Below, piece by piece: positions 61,299-64,000 of a stretch of DNA of 64,000 nucleotides. The DNA lies in contig JAJDNC010000061.1 in the NCBI GenBank assembly GCA_022340865.1, forward strand, positions 15,648 to 79,647. The letters run 5' to 3'. The translations under genes and the position numbers were made by a program. Numbering within the stretch: position 1 is the first letter of the stretch; every line of letters begins with the position of its first letter. The notes beneath the pieces were generated by a model, which saw only the letters and a program-made list of their open reading frames with translations, was not told the origin of the DNA and made no database searches. Source of the stretch: Gemmatimonadota bacterium. GTDB lineage: Bacteria > Gemmatimonadota > Gemmatimonadetes > Longimicrobiales > Gaopeijiaceae.

Positions 61299-63005
61299 AT
61301 GGACCGCCGCGCTCTCGGCCTTGCCGCCGTGCTGTGTGCTGTGCTGTGTGCCGCGCCCATGGTGGCGACGGCTCAGCAGGCCGCCTCCGCCTACGACCTG
61401 ATCATCAGGAACGCCCACATCATCGACGGCACCGGCTCGCCGTGGTACCGCGGCGACGTGGGGGTGCGCGACGGGCACATCGCGGCCGTCGGTGACCTCG
61501 TGAACGCAACCGCCGAGACGGTGATCGACGCAGGCGGCGACGTGGTGGCGCCGGGGTTCATCGACATGCTCGGGCAGTCGGAGCTCACGATGCTCGTGGA
61601 CCCGCGCGTGCCCTCCAAGATCTTCCAGGGGATCACAACCGAAATCACCGGCGAAGGCGAGTCCATCGCGCCGCTCGACAGCGCGATGATCGCCGAGAAC
61701 ATGCCCGCATATCGCCACTACGGCATCACCCCCGACTGGCACACTCTCACCGAGTACTTCGCCAGGCTGAGGAAACAGGGGATGGGGATCAACATGGGGA
61801 CCTACGTGGGTGCGGCCTCCGCTCGGGAGATGGTGCTGGGATACGGCGACGTCACGCCGACCGCGGCACAGCTCGACAGCATGAAGGCGATCGTCGCCCG
61901 CGCGATGCGCGAGGGTGCCCTCGGCGTCTCGACGGCGCTCCAGTATCCGCCGGCGCCCTACGCCCGGACCCCGGAGCTCATTGCGCTGGCGGGCGTCGCG
62001 GCCCACTTCGGCGGGATCTACGCCACCCACATGCGGAGCGAAGGCGACGCCGAGATGCAGGCGATGGACGAGGCGTTCCGCATCGCACGCGAGGCGGACA
62101 TTCCGGTGGAGATCTTCCACCTCAAGACCGCCGGGAAGACCAACTGGGGGAAGATGCCGCACGTGGTGAGCCGCATCGACTCGGCGCGTGCGGCCGGACT
62201 CGACGTCACGGCCGACACGTATGCGTACACGGCGTGGGAGAACAGCTTCTCGGCGTTCGTACCGCCGTGGGCGCACGACGGGGGAAACGCCAAGCTGGTC
62301 GAGCGGCTGAAGGATCCGGCAATGCGCGCCCGCATCCGGAAGGACATGCTGACCCCGTCCACGTCATGGGACAACGAGTGGCAAGAGATTTCCGGGCCGC
62401 ACGACGTGCTGATCACGTCGGTCAACAATCCGGATCTCCTGCCTATCGAGGGCAAGCGTCTGGACGAGATCGCGAAGTCGTGGCACGAAGATGCGATCAA
62501 CACGCTCTTCGACATTCTGATCAAGGATGACGCGCAGACCTATGTCGCCGTCTTCGGCATGTCGGAGCCGGACGTGGAGCTCGCCCTCGAGCAGCCCTGG
62601 GTGTCCATCGACAACGACGCTTCCGGGACATCACCCGAGGGGATCCTCGGCAAGGAGCATCCGCACCCGCGAGCCTATGGCACCTTCCCGCGCATTCTCA
62701 GGAAGTTCGTGCGCGAGGAGCGTCTGCTGACGTTGCCGGATGCCGTTCGCAAGTTCTCCGCACTCCCCGCCCAACGCGAGCATCTCACCGACCGCGGCGT
62801 GATCAAGCAGGGGATGTGGGCCGACCTCGTGGTCTTCAACCCCGATTCCATCACCGACGTGGCCACGTACGAGAAGCCGAATCAGTTCTCGGTCGGCATG
62901 CGCTACGTGCTGGTGAACGGCGTGCCGGTCATCGCCGAAGGAAAGATGACGGGGGCGCTGCCGGGGAGGGTCCTGTACGGGCCTGGCTACGAGGGGAAGC
63001 GCTAG
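61299..63005 (+). CDS. N-acyl-D-amino-acid deacylase (D-aminoacylase) family amidohydrolase, secreted/periplasmic
   Basis: The start is MDRRALGLAAVLCAVLCAAPMVATAQQ. It has YDLIIRNAHIIDGTGSPWYRGDVGVRDGHIAAVGDL and VVAPGFIDMLGQSE, with C-terminal DRGVIKQGMWADLVVFNP. This pattern is typical of D-aminoacylases. Confidence 0.8.
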   Translation: MDRRALGLAAVLCAVLCAAPMVATAQQAASAYDLIIRNAHIIDGTGSPWYRGDVGVRDGHIAAVGDLVNATAETVIDAGGDVVAPGFIDMLGQSELTMLVDPRVPSKIFQGITTEITGEGESIAPLDSAMIAENMPAYRHYGITPDWHTLTEYFARLRKQGMGINMGTYVGAASAREMVLGYGDVTPTAAQLDSMKAIVARAMREGALGVSTALQYPPAPYARTPELIALAGVAAHFGGIYATHMRSEGDAEMQAMDEAFRIAREADIPVEIFHLKTAGKTNWGKMPHVVSRIDSARAAGLDVTADTYAYTAWENSFSAFVPPWAHDGGNAKLVERLKDPAMRARIRKDMLTPSTSWDNEWQEISGPHDVLITSVNNPDLLPIEGKRLDEIAKSWHEDAINTLFDILIKDDAQTYVAVFGMSEPDVELALEQPWVSIDNDASGTSPEGILGKEHPHPRAYGTFPRILRKFVREERLLTLPDAVRKFSALPAQREHLTDRGVIKQGMWADLVVFNPDSITDVATYEKPNQFSVGMRYVLVNGVPVIAEGKMTGALPGRVLYGPGYEGKR

Positions 63006-63255
63006 TGTGGTGTGGCGCAAGTCCCTTGGCATTCGGGCGTCGCTGCATCCGCCGGACGCCTCGTTGCGCCTCGTGCGCCGGCTCCTCCGACGGTCGCGAG
63101 AACCTCTGGGCGAAAGGGCAGCATTCCCGAGGCCAGACCTGGGCGTAGAGACGGGGGCGACGTGCCACCCAGGTCTACTGTCGTCGACCATCCTGGAGTC
63201 CTAGACTGTCGTCTCGTATCAGGGGTCGGATCAGGAGAACGAGGGGGTCGCGTCA

Positions 63256-64000
63256 ATGCCGGACGAGAAGCTACCTGAGCATACCCGCGTCGTGATCATC
63301 GGCGGCGGCGTCATCGGATGTTCCGTGGCCTACCATCTGGGCCACCTCGGCTGGACCGATGTGGTCCTGTTGGAGCGCGACCAGCTGACCAGCGGAACCA
63401 CCTGGCACGCGGCGGGCTTGATGACCTCCTTCGGCTCGACGTCGGAGACCCAGGTCAAGATCCGCATGTACACGCGCGATCTCTGGGCGCGCCTCGAGGA
63501 GGAGACCGGGCTCTCGACCGGCTTCGACCGCCTGGGTTTCATCGAGATGGCGACTGACAGGGACCGTCTGGAGGAGTATCGCCGGGTGGCAGCCTTCAAC
63601 CGGTTGCTCGGCAACGACGTCGAGGAGATCGGACCCGAAGAGATCAAGAGGCGCTTCCCGCTCGCCAGGGTGGACGACATCGTGGCGGGCTTCTACGTGC
63701 CGCAGGACGGGCGTGTCAATCCGGTCGACGCGACGATGTCGCTGGCCAAAGGCGCTCGTCAGCAGGGTGTCAGGATCATCCAAGGCGTCTCTGTCACCGG
63801 CATCACCACCGCGAACGGCCGCGCCACCGGCGTGAGCACGACCGAAGGCACCATCGAGGCGGAGTTCGTGGTCAACTGCGCCGGCATGTGGGCGCGACAG
63901 CTCGGCGCCCTCAACGGGGTCTGCATCCCGAATCAATCCACCGAGCACTACTACCTGATCACCGAGCCCTTCGAGGGCATGACGCGCGAGCTTCCGATCA
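63256..64000 (+). CDS. FAD-dependent oxidoreductase of the dimethylglycine/sarcosine dehydrogenase (DAO) type, N-terminal part (runs off the window)
   Basis: Not in the ORF track because there is no stop. Manual translation gives MPDEKLPEHTRVVIIGGGVIGCSVAYHLGHLGWTDVVLLERDQLTSGTTWHAAGLM... (GxGxxG plus the TSGTTWHAAG motif of DMGDH/SARDH-like enzymes). AGGAGAACGAGGGGG lies upstream. Confidence 0.75.
   Translation, partial: MPDEKLPEHTRVVIIGGGVIGCSVAYHLGHLGWTDVVLLERDQLTSGTTWHAAGLMTSFGSTSETQVKIRMYTRDLWARLEEETGLSTGFDRLGFIEMATDRDRLEEYRRVAAFNRLLGNDVEEIGPEEIKRRFPLARVDDIVAGFYVPQDGRVNPVDATMSLAKGARQQGVRIIQGVSVTGITTANGRATGVSTTEGTIEAEFVVNCAGMWARQLGALNGVCIPNQSTEHYYLITEPFEGMTRELPI

Noticed and set aside
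63006-63255. Glycine riboswitch or other leader upstream of the DMGDH-like gene
   Set aside because: The region has a 9-bp perfect inverted repeat (AGACCTGGG ... CCCAGGTCT, about 63137-63178) and a 6-bp one (GGCGTC...GACGCC). It lacks the GGAGAG...ACCGAAGGGGCAA-type glycine aptamer signature. These are more simply terminator hairpins for the D-aminoacylase gene.
1-64000. CRISPR arrays, tRNA/rRNA genes, insertion sequences, integrases, prophage or toxin-antitoxin/defence modules
   Set aside because: I scanned the intergenic gaps (all 470 nt or shorter) and the ORF translations. I saw no spaced direct repeats, no cloverleaf-like sequences, and no transposase, recombinase or phage motifs. The only DNA-level repeat found is the 38214/60644 duplication. 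A tRNAscan/Infernal/ISfinder run would be needed to exclude small elements formally.

Overview
This 64-kb window is very GC-rich (roughly 70% by eye) and densely coding. It looks like chromosomal DNA from a diderm bacterium, because it carries a FadL-type outer-membrane barrel, pqiABC and lipoprotein signal peptides. The gene content resembles Gemmatimonadota/Acidobacteria-like genomes, but I cannot confirm taxonomy without a search. I support about 47 protein-coding genes. I found no rRNA, tRNA, CRISPR array, transposase or integrase by eye.

Many real genes begin well inside the longest listed ORF, and many long listed ORFs are antisense or off-frame shadows typical of high-GC DNA. I re-derived starts from signal peptides, Shine-Dalgarno spacing and start/stop overlaps (ATGA, TGATG, TAGTG).

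Main content:
- Three sortilin/VPS10-like BNR propeller paralogs.
- Many secreted peptidases: S53, an M16 pair, S8, and an M28 GCPII-like enzyme.
- pqiABC.
- A marR-MFS-MATE efflux operon divergent from a benzoate-CoA-ligase-family gene plus a hydrolase.
- A tungsten-type aldehyde:ferredoxin oxidoreductase operon with a MoaD-like carrier.
- Two polyprenyl-phosphate GT2 / GT-C-like glycosylation modules, one fused and one split.
- A hybrid histidine kinase with a receiver-HD-GYP regulator.
- D-amino-acid and peptide enzymes.

Most interesting observations:
1. A ~540-bp near-identical copy of the promoter and 5' end of one sortilin-like gene is grafted in frame onto the start codon of the M28 peptidase gene.
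2. A co-directional cluster encodes a single polypeptide that fuses a D-Ala-D-Ala-ligase-like ATP-grasp domain to a DmpA/S58 self-processing aminopeptidase domain. It is flanked by an HDAC-like amidohydrolase, a SAM methyltransferase and the GCPII-like peptidase. This is my best candidate for an undescribed small-peptide system.
3. The AOR operon has a 442-nt leader containing recurrent AT-rich GATTCTC motifs.
4. A canonical U-tract terminator and stem-loop module, a possible sRNA, sits between the fabH-like gene and csp.

All functional calls come from motif recognition by eye and need HMM or BLAST confirmation.
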